DNA of 64,000 nucleotides. Origin: Octopus sinensis (lineage: Eukaryota). The notes beneath the pieces are model-generated. The model was not told where the DNA came from, searched no databases, and saw only the letters and a program-made list of their open reading frames with translations. A program made the position numbers and the translations under genes. Positions 12,299 to 25,439 of this stretch are shown here, piece by piece. The DNA lies in assembly GCF_006345805.1 (NCBI RefSeq), contig NW_021831989.1:496001-560000 (forward strand). Reading direction: 5' to 3'. Position 1 is the stretch's first letter; every line of letters begins with the position of its first letter.

Positions 12299-13954
12299 TG
12301 TCACCGTCCAGACCGGCCGGGGCGCCAGATCGGTCAATTATCTAAATACAAAACAAATATTTTTCCTACAAAACATTTCATTGCAAAAAAATATTGATAA
12401 TAAAAAAATAAAATCTTATTAATAAAAAAGTTGAAAAGATTAGCATTAATCAATGGTTTTAGTTGAATTAACTCGAGACACCCTCGAAAAAATTAGGGAG
12501 TATTTGGAATCAGGCCACCTTGATGATTCCTTGAGTTCGGAAGAAAAGGCACGAATACGGAGATATGCCAAAAAATTTAGTTTCAAGGAGAACAACACCA
12601 ACATTTCTAAAAATGGCTCAAAGTTGCGTTTTTTTTGTATCGAAGACACTGAACTTAAGTTAAAATTCATTAAAGTAGTGTATTTGTTTATTTAAATTAG
12701 GCTCAACACAATCTTAATCACTTTGGACGTGATAAATTGTACAGTTTATTGACACTTACCATTTATGGTGCCAGACGTACTGATGTGGCATCTGTGGTAT
12801 CTCAATGTGTTTATTGTCAGGTAAATTACCAATTTTATTAATTCTAGTCGAAACGATTGCTTGCGACTAAACCAGCAATAACGCCTATTATTGCTTCTTC
12901 CCCAAGATCTTATCATACATTGTAGATCTTATCGATTTTTTTTTTAAAGTTATATGTAATTAACAAATAGTTATTAACTAACTAAATTCCCGGCATCGTA
13001 AATGGAAACACAGTTTCCACGTACTATGGCCAAGGAAATCCTTTCGAAAAGCCACTTGGACTCGCGTGGGTCTCCCCGTTTATGGGAGATCATGCGGCCA
13101 AGCTTTTTTAGAAAAGAAAGAGACTTTTCGCCGATGACGCCGGAAGTCTCGACGGCGATGGGAGTGAACAGATACCGCTCAGAGAGCTCCTTGTACTTTC
13201 CAATCTTCATCTTCTCGGTTTTGCGAGAGACTGAGCCAGGCTTGTATCGATTTAAGACGCTATTCGACCTGAAATGAAAATTATTCCTGGGTAATTTAGT
13301 AATCTAAATAACAGATTCTTGTTTTATTGGATTCCTTTTCAAAATTTGCTATGGTAAAATGTGCTTTTACCAAATCAGCTAAGGAGATCCGCGGAATCCT
13401 AGATGATATGTTTTGTATTATGAAGAGGATGAAAAAGATCAAAGTATACATATTAGCAGAGTAAAAAAACTTTAACTGCAAGTATTCATGGGGTTCGTTC
13501 TGTGTTTTTTATCGTGTCATATTTACTTAATTGTGAAATAATTGTGCCATTGTTACAAATTCGACGCGGCCGAAGGCCGCATAGGGAAAAATATTCACAT
13601 TGAATCATCCGGTTGTAGGCCGGATTGTATTTTAGAGTTTTAATGATAAAAATAGAAATTTACAACATTTTTAAAAATTAAAAATGGATTTTTCTAATAA
13701 ACTTTATTGTTGAGAATTGTTTGGCTAACCTTGGTTAAAGCGTTTTTAAATAAAATGCAAAATCAATTCGGTAATTATCTGGAAATGACTGGATGTTGGT
13801 TTTTATGAATTCAGTAACTTCAATATTTTGGCAAAAATAATATTAAAATCAACAAAAGAATGAACAGAAAAAGAAAATAACTTTCGAAAGGTAGTTTTTA
13901 TTAAAAATTTTATACATAACCGATCTGGCGCCCCGACCTATCTGGATGGTGACA
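12299..13954 (+). mobile_element. Ginger2-type DNA transposon (Gypsy-like integrase) with TIRs, 5-bp TSD and mini-introns; non-autonomous
   Basis: 36-bp TIRs TGTCACCGTCCAGACCGGCCGGGGCGCCAGATCGGT / ACCGATCTGGCGCCCCGACCTATCTGGATGGTGACA; TSD TTCAA (12294-12298, 13955-13959). Spliced ORF from 12453 gives the HHCC finger (HNLNHFG...CVYC) and VDLID...YSW|ILVLLDSFSKF. Introns at 12675-12700, 12821-12847, 13291-13314. Confidence 0.85.
12940..13241 (-). mobile_element. 5'-truncated CRE-like insertion nested in the Ginger integrase
   Basis: Nearly identical to the 3' end of the 9760-12245 copy; poly-A tail (T run near 12936-12945); TSD TATCGATTT on both sides. Confidence 0.88.
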
Positions 13955-13994
13955 TTCAATTAATAGAAAATCTAATAAAAAAATAAGTTACTAT

Positions 13995-15380
13995 TTAATA
14001 GGCTACAATCCTCAACGCAGGAAGAATTCGGTTCCGCACTAAACAAGCTGCAACTTCGCCTGCCGGGGCTAACACCCACACCCATTGATGATGTTCTATT
14101 CCTCGGCGCGCCCATGGGCCAAATCCAACTTAAGAAGTCGCTATCAGAGAAAGCCAAATGGGTCACTGATTTCACAAATAAGCTCATGTTGCTTGATTCT
14201 CACTACGGATTTTTCGTGCTCAGAGCAAACCTCATGTTGCCAAGGCTTCTATATTTGCTGCGAACTTCAAACTGCTCAATACAATCCGACATGCTTCAAT
14301 CGCTCGATACTTCTCTGAAGTTGGCCGCTGAAAAAATCCTAAACATATCCTTTGATGACGCTGGTTGGACTTGCTGCAAATTACCTCTACGCCTTGGCGG
14401 AGTTGGACTCCGTTCACCTCTGGACATGGCTCTTCCTGCATTCCTCTCCTCACGTGCGAGCTCCCAAGCCCTCATCACCCAAATCCTACGTAACTCTCGC
14501 GGATTGGAAGAGGACCGGGTTTTCTCTGGAGCTTGCGAATTCTGGAAGGGATCTGGATTGGCCATTCCATCTAACATTTCACGCCAATGGGAATGGGATG
14601 ATATCTCCAGCAAAGCTAAAATGGAAGCAATCAGACCTACATTGGATCAGCATCGCCTCGCTTGTTTCGGTGCCGCTGCCAGACCTGAAAGTGGGGCGTG
14701 GCTTAATGCCCTCCCTTGCTCCCAATCTGGAACCCTTCTCGATAATGACTGTGTGAGGATTGGCGTAGCAATGCGCTTGGGACTTAATGTCTGTTCGGGG
14801 GGCCAATGCCGATGTGGGAGTAAAGTCGATACCAAAGGACTACATCCCCTGTCATGCAGAAGGAGTGCTGGCCGTGCTCCCAGACACTCCGCTATCAACG
14901 AGACTATTTCGGCTGCGTTACAAGCAGCTGGATTCCCGACAGAACTGGAACCCGTTGGGCTTGACCGTGGAGACGGTAAACGCCCAGATGGAGTCACCAT
15001 TTTCCCGTGGAGTAATGGGAAATGCCTCGCGTGGGACTCCACGTGCACAGACACCTTCTCAAAGACCAATATAGTTGACTCCGCGATCAGTCCAGGCTCA
15101 GCCGCTGAGAAGGCTGAGGTACATAAAGCTCAGAAATATTCCAACCTGTTGGACAACTTTATCTTCTCCCCAATATCTGTAGAAACCTCCGGGGCCATGA
15201 GCCAAAAATCGTTTGAACTCGTCGTTAAAATCGGGAATCTGATCTCGAGAAGACGGAGAGAGCCTCGGGAGAAGCAATGGTTGTTCCAAAGAATATCCAT
15301 TGCGATCCTGAGGGGCAACGTCTTCTCGATCATCAGCAGCTTAAGATTATGATAATCATTTTTACTCAATTTAAAATAAG
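13995..15380 (+). mobile_element. CRE-clade retrotransposon (second family), 5'-truncated, 412-aa open C-terminal ORF
   Basis: ORF 14114-15352: LPLRLGGVGL, SGAWLNALP, CRCG..HPLSC, KRPDG, WDSTC, PISVETSG, QRISIAILRGN. Confidence 0.9.
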
Positions 15381-15948
15381 GCACTTAACTCATTTGTCAA
15401 TTGAGAAAATCCGGAAATATTATTATTAACCCCCAAGCTTGCTTAGCATAGCAAACCCGGCACAAACAGTGTTGATCAGCACGGACAGTTCCGGAAATGC
15501 TAAGGAACCTTGTGGTTGAGATTATTCTTCAAAATTGAAGTTAACACAAGCAATACATTCTTAGTTTAGTTGATAATAAACTATTATTGACACTATCAAA
15601 GATAAAAGGCATGCGTTTTCTGAATATACATCATTATAAGGATTAACTCAATTCATTTCGAATTTTAATCTTGAAAAGGGCGTGTTCACGTGGAAATTAC
15701 TTCAAACACGTGGAAAATACTGCAATTCGGATAATACCAATCTGAGACTACAAATTTATATGTTTGGTACGATTGATAAAAATGTCATTTTATTGCATCA
15801 TATAATTTCGTGGTTGCAAAAATATCTTATTTTAAAATCATGATTAGTTGATAACACTTTTTATTGATTAGTTGATAACTTAACGAGAAGACAAAAAAGC
15901 ATAAGTAAAAAAGAAAAAGGAAATTGGCCAAAAATCAAGAAAAGTTAA

Positions 15949-17055
15949 CTAAAAATCGGCATCCATAGTGAAGACGTGAGATTCGGAATCCCCTGGCTTG
16001 CCCATGACTCCCATTCGCTGATATTCACCAACCCTTTTCTCAAAAAAGTTGGTTTTTCCATCGAGTGAAATGTTTTCCATAAAGTCGAAAGGGTTCGAAC
16101 TATTGTAATACTAAATGGAGGGTCAAAACTGATTAAACCACATCGTAGCCAAGCTCAATCAAGAGCCTGTCAGCCACAAACTCAACGTACTGACACATGA
16201 GATCGGCATTCATTCCGATGAGCTTCACTGGAAGAGAATCACAGACGAATTCTTTTTCAAGAGTGACCGCCTCAGTTATAATTTCAGCGACCCGGAATCT
16301 CGGCAATTTATTTGTCAAGTGAGAATAAAGCAGACAGGCGAAATCGGTGTGCAAGCCCTGAAAATGATGTAATAAGCTACTTCGTCCCGACTAATCAATT
16401 CGTTACTGTACGTCAACCCAGGCATGAGACCCCGCTTCTTCAACCAAAAAATGGATGCAAAGGACGCAGAAAAAAAAATCCCCTCGACTGCAGCAAAGGC
16501 AATCAGTCTCTGAGAAAAACTAAGTTCAGTACTCTCAATCCATTTTAAGGCCCAATCCGCCTTCTTTTTAACAAATTCCATGTTTTCTATTGCACAGAAC
16601 ATTTCTTCTCTACGAGGTAATTCTATCAAAACAACTTTTTCGTTAGATCAGTAATGTAAGTTTCGATCAAAGAGGAATACATTTCCGAGTGAATATTTTC
16701 CATCGCAATCTGGAATCCGTAAAAACACCGAGCCTCGGGGACCTGCACTTCCACCGCAAATCGTTCGACCTACTAATTTATGATTAAGCATGACCAGATT
16801 CTCATTAACAATTCCATCGGAGGCAGCAAAAAAGGCAAGAACATGGGAAATAAAGTATTGTTCGTTGTCTTTTAAATTCATCCAATCAGCAATATCCTTG
16901 GATAAGTCGACTTCTTCCACTGTCCAAAATGATGCAAGGGCCTTTTTGTACATTCTGAAGATGTCGGGATACTGTATGGGGAACAGTACAAAACGACGAG
17001 GATTGGCAGTTAACAGAGGTTCTTGCTCATCATTAGTAATATTTGATGGTTCCAT
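15949..17055 (-). CDS. RRM2: Ribonucleoside-diphosphate reductase small subunit (R2), four mini-introns of 25, 26, 23 and 28 nt
   Basis: [29 protein letters not shown]|[43 protein letters not shown]|[33 protein letters not shown]. Confidence 0.96.
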
Positions 17056-18063
17056 GCCACGAGATCAGATAGTATGATTTATTGTTAATTGGGGTTCTAA
17101 TCAGTAAAACACGATTTTATAATCGTTTTCTGATAAACAACAAAATTATTAATTCCAAATTCTCTTTAAAATCTACCATTATTTAATTTTCAACTGTAAT
17201 TGTGAGTTTTCTGGCCTGCTTTGCTATCAGTTGATAGCATTATTTTAGATCAATAAATGTTATGGTAATACAATTCAGATTGATGTGCCTTATTTTTTCA
17301 TACTTTAGTATTATGGTGTTATAAATCAATTTTTTACTTGTTTGATAGAATTAATTCTACATTTAGAAAGAAGACTTGCAAGATAAAAGACAAGGAATTT
17401 CTGGAACAAAGCGACCTATTGAATCATTTAACTACATGTCTAATAGAAATGACAGTTGAGCTGACCTAATTATCATACTTAATATGACATTGACTGAATT
17501 TTGAAACATCAGATCACGTATATCCCTCGTCTTGTTTCTTTGAGAGCCAATGAAAGCATGTAAACTGGGCGTCCCCCAAAAATTTGATGATGACACATAA
17601 ATTGATAACCGATAATTTTGAAATGTACAAACCGAAAGGTGGTGACGTGCCTCTCTTGCAAAATGTCTAAAACACATACAACACAACCGGATGAGCTATT
17701 TATGCTATCTTTTAACATTCGTGGGCTCTACCAACCCCGGAAACAGTAAGCTATTTGTAACGACATGAACAAATTATTGTAGGAAAAAAAGTCAAGTCCC
17801 CTTTTTTACTCTGAATCATATCTTTATGCAATTCTTAACTTTTCTCCAAGTTAACTGCCTTAGATGATAATAAAATCCTCTAATTTGTATTTGTCTCCCA
17901 AATACTGCAAGGACAGCTCGAAATACCGAATCTTCAAAATCTGCAATAATAGTTTCAGACAAAATTCCAAATTCAAATTATGAATTGCATTTTTAATAAT
18001 CTTGAAAATTTTTCTTGAATCTTTCTTGATTTAGAAGGTAGTAATCCACAAATAGCTGTAATT

Positions 18064-20719
18064 TAGGGTTTCTTAACCTGGGGTACATGTCCCTAGGGGG
18101 TACGCGGAACATTTTTCAATTTGTTATTATTAAGATAATTTTCATAATTTAATTTAATCGATTTTGATAGCATGCTTCATTTCTTTTTCGTTATGGTTAA
18201 TAAAACGCGTAAATGGGATGACTCATATGTGCAATATGGATTCACCAAATCTTTTGGAACAGACAATTTCGATAAGGCGCAGTGTATATTGTGCGATGCT
18301 TTACTTGGAAACAATTCATTAAAAACTGTCAATTTATTAAGACACAAGCGTTCGGCTCATTTGATAATACAGATAGTCTTGAAGTTTTTCAATTAAAACG
18401 CATTAAATATGATGATCACTGGACCCTTAATCATACGTATTGTCCCAGACCGCAAAACCATATATGAAGGTTTCATATGAGGTCTTTTAAACATGAATTA
18501 TTTGTAGATTGCTCAACTTATAGCCAGAAACAAAGTATCTCATTGTTTTGGAGAAAAACTAATAAAACCAGGCGCGTTACTAATGGCAAGATTACTGATT
18601 GGGAAAGATGCTGAAAAAGAATTTAAGAATATACCATTTAATACAATCTCTATGCGAATTCATGAGATGTCAAAAGATTTGCTAGAACAGCTAATTTTTC
18701 GTATTCACCACAGTCAATTTCCAATAAGCATCCAGTTGGATGAATCTACCGATATCAATTCAATGTGCCACTTAGTCGCATTTGTTCGATTTGTTGAAGA
18801 CGATTCTGTCGTGGACGAGTTTTTATTTTGTTTGGAAACGACAGGAAGAACACGAGGAATTGATATATTTCATCCCTTTTCGTCTTTCCTTGTTTCCAAT
18901 AATATTCCCTGGACTAAAGTTGGGCCGATATGCACTGATGGAGCACCTGCCATGCTCGGACATCGATCTGGTTGTATTGCACTGGTTAAGGATGTCGCAT
19001 CTCATATTATCGCAACCCATTGTGCAATACATAAGTATGCTCTTGCTGTAAAGACGATGCCTCAAGAATTGAAAATTGTTCTTGATTCGACCGTCATTTG
19101 ATTCGTGCGAGGGCGACTAATCATATGCTTTTTAAATTATTATGCGAAGAAATGGGAACAGAACATTCATTACTAATTTTCCACACTGAAGTTCGGTGGT
19201 TGTCAAGAGGAAGGGTGCTTAAACGGGTTGCCGAACTAATTTGTGCATTCACTACTTTTTACAAGAAATAAATAATATAAAACTCGCCAATATGTTCGCA
19301 GATTATGCCTTCAAACAAAAATTATTCTATCTTGCTGATATATTTGGAATAATAAACGAATTAAATTTATCCATACAAGGTACATCTTTCTTTTGTATCA
19401 TGAAGGTAATAATATCTCAAAGGATACGTGACAAGAGTGGAAGTGTGGTGCATATCAAAAGGACTGACACTCGCAAAAGTAAAGTGCACCGCCACTTGGA
19501 TTGCAAAACAGGGAGCTAAACGAAAACCGCCGAGAAACCTCCATGGGTTTACAGTAACGGAGAACCTGAAATACCTTGGGGTTGAAATTGGATCCAAGGG
19601 TTCTTACTTCAGATACATCGACTCGAGGAGAAGGAAATGCGCTTAAATTCTCAGGAGCATAATTCACTTCCACCTTGGTCCGGAAACGTTTTTATATGTT
19701 TATAAAACATGCGTCGAACCATTGCTTATCTACGGGTTCAGGGTTGGTACCCTACTGCTGAGAGGAATGGCATTATTACTAAGCTCGAAAAGACGAGACG
19801 ATATGCCATCAAATTGGCAAATGGACTCCAGCTGGACCAACTCATCCCTCAAGAGATGGAAGATGCGACGGAAACGGTTGGAAGTGTTCTTGAGAGAGCC
19901 TATTCCTCTCGAATTTCTAATCAAACATAAAAAAGAGGAAACAACGGAGAAGAGGCATAAGTTGTCTCATTAACTTTCTCTCTCTTTTTTCAGCTTTTCC
20001 GTCTTAATAAAAAATTCATTAATTCAATAATATCTCAAGAATAGAAGCTTTTGAAAAAGTATCTGCATTTAAGCAAAGTTGAATCTATGGAGGAAAAAAT
20101 TAACTAAAAATGTTATTTCCATTTTTCCGATGTTGGAGGAATTAATTGGAAATAATAAACCTGAAAAATGAATTATTTTACAAATCGACGAACACCTAAA
20201 AAATTTGCAAATTAAATTTGGAGAATATTTTAATAGCGATCAGATTGTTCCCGATTGGATTTTAGAACCATTTTTGTGTAAGATTGATGAGACTCAGGAA
20301 CTTCCTTTTCTACAAGAATTAATCGATTTAAGAAGCTCTGCGACTGCAAGGGTTACTTTTACAATTTTTGTGATTATTCAGATATGTTTCAATTCTTGCA
20401 CACTTATGGAATTTTTGAGTAAAATGATTCCAAAGTATTCGTTATTGACTATGGCTAGTATGCAATATTTAATTACTTATCCAACCACATACTTATGCGG
20501 AACTGCGATGTCTTGTTTATCATTTATTAAAAATAAATCTCGTAATCGATTGAAAGTTGGAGATGATATGTGAATCGCTCTTAGCAACATGGATTCGAAT
20601 CATTTATCTCACAAAAAAGATATGTAAAAATTTAAAAATCGATAGGGGGTAAGCGGGATCCATTTTTAACCCCAAGGGGTACAATTTATCAAAAATTTGA
20701 AAAAGGTTAAGAACCGCTG
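18064..20719 (+). mobile_element. hAT Buster/Charlie (ZBED5/SCAND3-like) transposon, decayed, with mini-introns in the transposase
   Basis: TIRs tAGGGTTTCTTAACCT / AGGTTAAGAACCGCTG; 8-bp TSD CTGTAATT. BED finger (YVQYGF..AQCILC), [41 protein letters not shown]. Introns at 18482-18507, 19380-19405, 20352-20381. Confidence 0.9.
19421..20025 (+). mobile_element. 5'-truncated LINE (L2/CR1/jockey-like) inserted into the hAT transposase
   Basis: ENLKYLGVEI motif; 13-bp TSD AATAATATCTCAA (19408-19420, 20026-20038); related to the 25440-26400 copy (KLEKTRRY.IKLA.GL). Confidence 0.8.
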
Positions 20720-20864
20720 CTGTAATTGGACTTTAATTGAGCTCAATTCTAATAAAATATATTTGCTTTAATATACATGGTACCATAGAGAAATTTCCAC
20801 CCATATACCATGTTTTGGAATTTGCCAATAAGCTAAATTAGTATTGGTGCTAAATATCAAAAAC

Positions 20865-22790
20865 GCTCAGGCTTTTCTTATGCAACACAGTTTTCGAACA
20901 ATATGCCCGGCACAAAACTACCTGGACGAGAAGGAGACGTGACGAAAATGAAAACTACGTGCCTATCTATAACCAAATTGACTATATTGTCTGCCGCCAA
21001 AAAGATATGGGACTCTTGCTCATATGGGGGGTCACTCGTCGACAGTGATCACAGGGTGGTCGTTAGTAGATTTAATCTGCACAAACTAAATGTGCTTGAC
21101 ACCGCAAACCGTCGCATGCCTCATACATCGAATAGATACTTGACGGAAAAACTGGTTTCCTCATCATCGACCCGACACTTCTATAAAGCATATACCTCTC
21201 ATCCTGGGGAAACAGGCGAGTCTTATAGCGGTTTTTTTTGAACAACGATTTAACGCAAACACTGAGTCAATTTTGCCTTTCTCTGGCTCACCACGACCCC
21301 TGAGAAATATAATCACTCTGCCGGAGATTACAAAGGCAGTCAGCAGGCTCAAAAACAACTGCGCTGCGGGGCCAGTGCGGAGTTTCTGAAATACGGACCT
21401 GAGTCTCTTTTACGAAACATTAAGAACATTCTCAACGATATGCTTGCCGCGAACGACTTGCTCCCGCTTGGTTCTGGGGTCCTAATTCCTATTTAAAAGC
21501 CGAACAAGCCCGTAAAAAACCTCTGCCCAGTCATTCTGCTGAACTCCCTGATTCTCCCATTTATTATGCCATATCGAACCAAGGATGGAGTTTTAGATTT
21601 TCTGTCTCCAATTCTCAGTGGTTCCATAGAAGGACGTTCAACCGCAGACGTCCTGTGAAGCCACTGATGGCGGTGCGCAAACCACTAAAGATATCAAAGC
21701 GTCATAACAATCCTGGACATCGATATGCCAAGAGCGTTTGAGTCCATCCGTCGAGACTTAATCACGAGGGTCCTGAAAAGTTTCTTAAAGGAAGATGACA
21801 TCAGAATGACAAGAGTGTTACTGACAATAACAGAACTCACTGTTCGCTTTGGAAAAACATCGTGCAGACCTTTCCTAACAACTGTGGGAACCCCTCAAGG
21901 CGAATCTCTCTAGCCTCTGTTGTTTGTGATCTACCTCGAGGCTGCCTTGCGAGAGTTGAGAAGCCTATATAAGGGGCCAATCACCGAAGTAATCTACGCT
22001 GATGACGTCGATTTTGTGTCGACCGACAAATCAGCGCACCTCAGACTAATGGAGATTGCACCGGGAAAACTCGGAAAATAATTCCTAATTATAAACACGG
22101 ACAAGACCGACTTTGTCAATGTATCACCTTCAGATACCCAGGTAATGGAAACATGGAGACTGTCGAAAAAGCTTGGTTCACTGCTTGGAGACCGGGAGGA
22201 CATAATGCGCAGAAAAACTCTTGCCGCTGCTGCTCTAAAGACCGTCATGAAGGAATGGCTAAGACATTGTCCTGTGCACCCCTCACTACGCTCCAAAAAC
22301 TACAATGCCTTTATAAAACCCGTCTTAATGTATAATTCATCTACATGGGGCATTTCCGATACCGAACTAAGGAATCTTGACTCCTTCCACAGAAAACAAC
22401 TTCGTGTCCTAAATGTCGTACACTGGCCTCAGAAATCAACAACTCATCCCTCTACAGACTCAGCAAATCGGTGCCAATCAGCCGTGACATCAGACGGCCG
22501 CTGGAGACTATTCGGGCACATCCTAAGAATGGACCCAACTGTACATGCCTACCAGGCCATGGAAGAATACTTCCTGTCAGGTGGACGACCCCAAACACAG
22601 CTGGTTGCTCTCCAACAAGACCTAATTTGCACAGGTAAAAACCCTAAACAACTGCGATGACCTAGACGAACTCTGGCCCAAAACCCCGGAGAGTGGAAAA
22701 TAATGGTTAAGAAGGTTGTATCGTGTGTGTGGCACGTGTGGAATATGACTTATTCTGTTTATGTTTTTACGGGAAGTGCTATGATAATAA
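20865..22790 (+). mobile_element. RTE LINE, degenerate
   Basis: ARHKTTW, DSDHRVV, GTPQGESL, YADDVDF, KKLGSLLGD, RWRLFGHILRM; many stops. Confidence 0.88.
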
Positions 22791-23107
22791 AAACCGAAAG
22801 CATTATATGAATCTGTGAATTCTTGCTCAAGGCTAGAACATTTTATTGCATTTTCTGATATACGAATGTAAGTCAACCTCCCAGGACAGACAATAAGAAA
22901 TAAGAATCTTTCAACGAATTTGTGTTTCCAGTCATTGAAACAGGACATACATACACCATGAAATGCATGTATGTGCAGCCTGAAAACAATTAAGAATTGA
23001 TGATATCAGAGGGTGGTGAACTGGCTGAACGTAGTCACCGTACTGTAGTGTTGAAGATTTTGTTATAAGGATTCTATTTAAGGGGAACTTTCCGTTTTTC
23101 AAAACTC

Positions 23108-24081
23108 CTGTTAGTAAGTTTTTCTTTGATGTTCCCCAAGTACCTGCGTTGTACATGAGGACAGGTCGGACAAATGCATCATATAATCGTAGGCGCATCT
23201 TAGTCGAAATTTGGTTTTTTCTCATCCAGATAGATTGAAGTTTTTTAAGTGCAATTGTTGATAATATTTTTCGTCTGGTAATATCTTCGGAATCGCCAAG
23301 AAGAGATCCGAGTTTTCGGACGTTTCGCCACTTCTCATCTATGCGAGTTGGCATACGTTCGGCGGTGGTTATTTCGGTTTTCTCTTCATTGACTTTGAGT
23401 GACCATTTATCGAAAATTGTTCTTGCTTTCTCCATAATAATTTCTACTAATTTCCCATCCTTCGCAATAAAATCAAGATCATCCGCTTATATGAGTTCCA
23501 CAACTTGGTTGTCCATACATCCAATTTCTACTCTTAGGTCTCTCAGAGCTGCCTCCAGATAGACGATAAATAATATAGGCGATAGTGTGTCCCCTTGTGG
23601 GGAACATCAAAGAAAAACATGGAGCAACTTGACTCTTTCCACAGGGGTCAACTGAGAAAACTCCTCGACTATTCGTGGCCGAAGAAAATATCAAATGATA
23701 AATTATACAGGTTAGCTATCTGTGGGCCTATAAGTCTAAATGTACTTGAAACCCGCTGGCGCCTGTTTGGACATATTTTACGAATGAAGAAAGAAACACC
23801 TTGCAATCTGGCCATGGAAGAATTTTTCGGCCATACTGAATACTCTAAATATAGAGGACGTCCAAGAAACTGTGTTCCGGGAATACTTACGAGGGAATAT
23901 GCTATGATCGGAGGTCGATTGATGGATGCAGACGATCTGGACGAAATCGAAAAGAGGGCAAGACGACGGAAGGAATGGAAGGGGCTAACGACAAGAATAG
24001 TTAAAAAACATGGCACAAGCGAAACCATTAACTTTGTTTACTGGCAACGCGAACATGCATTAACTAACTGTTAGTAAGTTT
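23108..24081. mobile_element. RTE LINE 3' fragment with 5' inversion (twin priming)
   Basis: 23122-23594 encodes the RT core on the minus strand and 23597-24067 continues it on the plus strand. About 21 bp (TGGGGAACATCAAAGAAAAAC) are duplicated at the breakpoint. (TAAC)n tail and 14-bp TSD CTGTTAGTAAGTTT. Confidence 0.88.
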
Positions 24082-24209
24082 GACAATAATGTAAGAAACA
24101 ATGTACATATCAGCATCAACTCCGCAGTGACTTAGAGACCTCTTTTCCGCCCTGAACCCCCTTACAGAACCAAGAAAAGTGGTAAACATTTGGAAATGAA
24201 AAAAAACAA

Positions 24210-25290
24210 CTATCCGGCCACATTGTAAACAACAATTCGATCGCTGACGGAGACAATATGAGTACTCGGAGTCCGGCAAGCCACATTCCAGACTGCCTCG
24301 CTATGATCACGGTACGTCCACAGACAATGCCTCGTAGTCAAATCCCAAATATTGACAGTTTTGTCTGCAGAGCTGCAATAATACTCACAAGGTCGACCAT
24401 GAAACGAATCGAAGAGAATCTTCCGAGAAGGAAACGCCCAAAACCCACGACTTGTGTCCGGATACGATCGAGGAAACCTCCGATGCCGCACAACTTGACA
24501 TTCAGCAAAAATAATACGATTCATATATACGGATTCGGTTATCACTGGAGGCAGTCAACACACATTTCCCATTAGGAGCAAAAGCAACGGCACGAATGGC
24601 CTTGGAATGAGCCTCCCGCCACACTTCACTGCCCGTCTCGATGTCGTAAATCATGACAAATCCATTTGAATACCCAACCGCTATGTGTCGGCCGTCAGGA
24701 CTCTGCGTCTGAGTCAAAACTTTACGTAGCAGGCGCAGAAAATGAACTCAGTGCGAGAAGGGGCAATCTGCTGGACGAGATCCCCGCTCATTACGTTGTA
24801 TATATTTAATTTCCCCAGCTGTCCGCCAGACAACAACAATTTGGAGTCGGGCGAAAATTGGATAGTTCGGGACTCCCCCGAAGCGGTGTCGATGGTCTTG
24901 TGGAGTCTCCCATCCTCCACAGACCATAGTTTGACCTGACAGTCGAGACTGCTGGATGCAATGTCTAGCACGTAGAAATCAGAAAGAGACATTGACAATC
25001 GCCGGACATGTCCACGGAAATGACTCCAAGTTTGTGTCCATCAAACCGCCGCAAAACCTCCAGTTGGTCTCCCTCCCTGAACATGAGGAATGTCAATCAC
25101 CATTTTGAACAGACGACAGTGGAATCAAGTGAGCCGGTGGTGATATACTCAGTCGACGACATTGAACATTTATTCCAACAACATGACCAAATAGACGCCG
25201 TGTGGACTAGGAGTGACGATTAAAACATACATCCTTCTCGGAATGTCCCAGCAGTTGTAAACTATTGTTAAATAACAACATCAGTACCAT
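24210..25290 (-). CDS. WDR61: WD repeat protein 61 (Ski8 / SKIC8), about 7 mini-introns
   Basis: HTASIWSCCW, TGSLD, GHKLGVISVD, IASSSLDCQVKLW, SPDGRHIA.G, AHSKAIRAVAF, GHKSWVLGVSFS, SADKTVNIWD, DHSEAVWNV, IVSVSD. Confidence 0.9.
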
Positions 25291-25439
25291 CAAAGAAGCG
25301 CTAGACAAGTACGTTATTTGTATTTATCAATTATAGTTTATAAATAACAACTAAATTACGCTATTTATATTTTCAATTATAAATAATGACAATTGATTTA
25401 TTTTACTAGTTAGAAAGACAGGAAAAACTAGCCATTATC

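Noticed and set aside
10297-15384. Long antisense ORFs over the CRE elements (and over other GC-richer genes)
   Set aside because: These are shadow ORFs of real coding strands with no motifs of their own.
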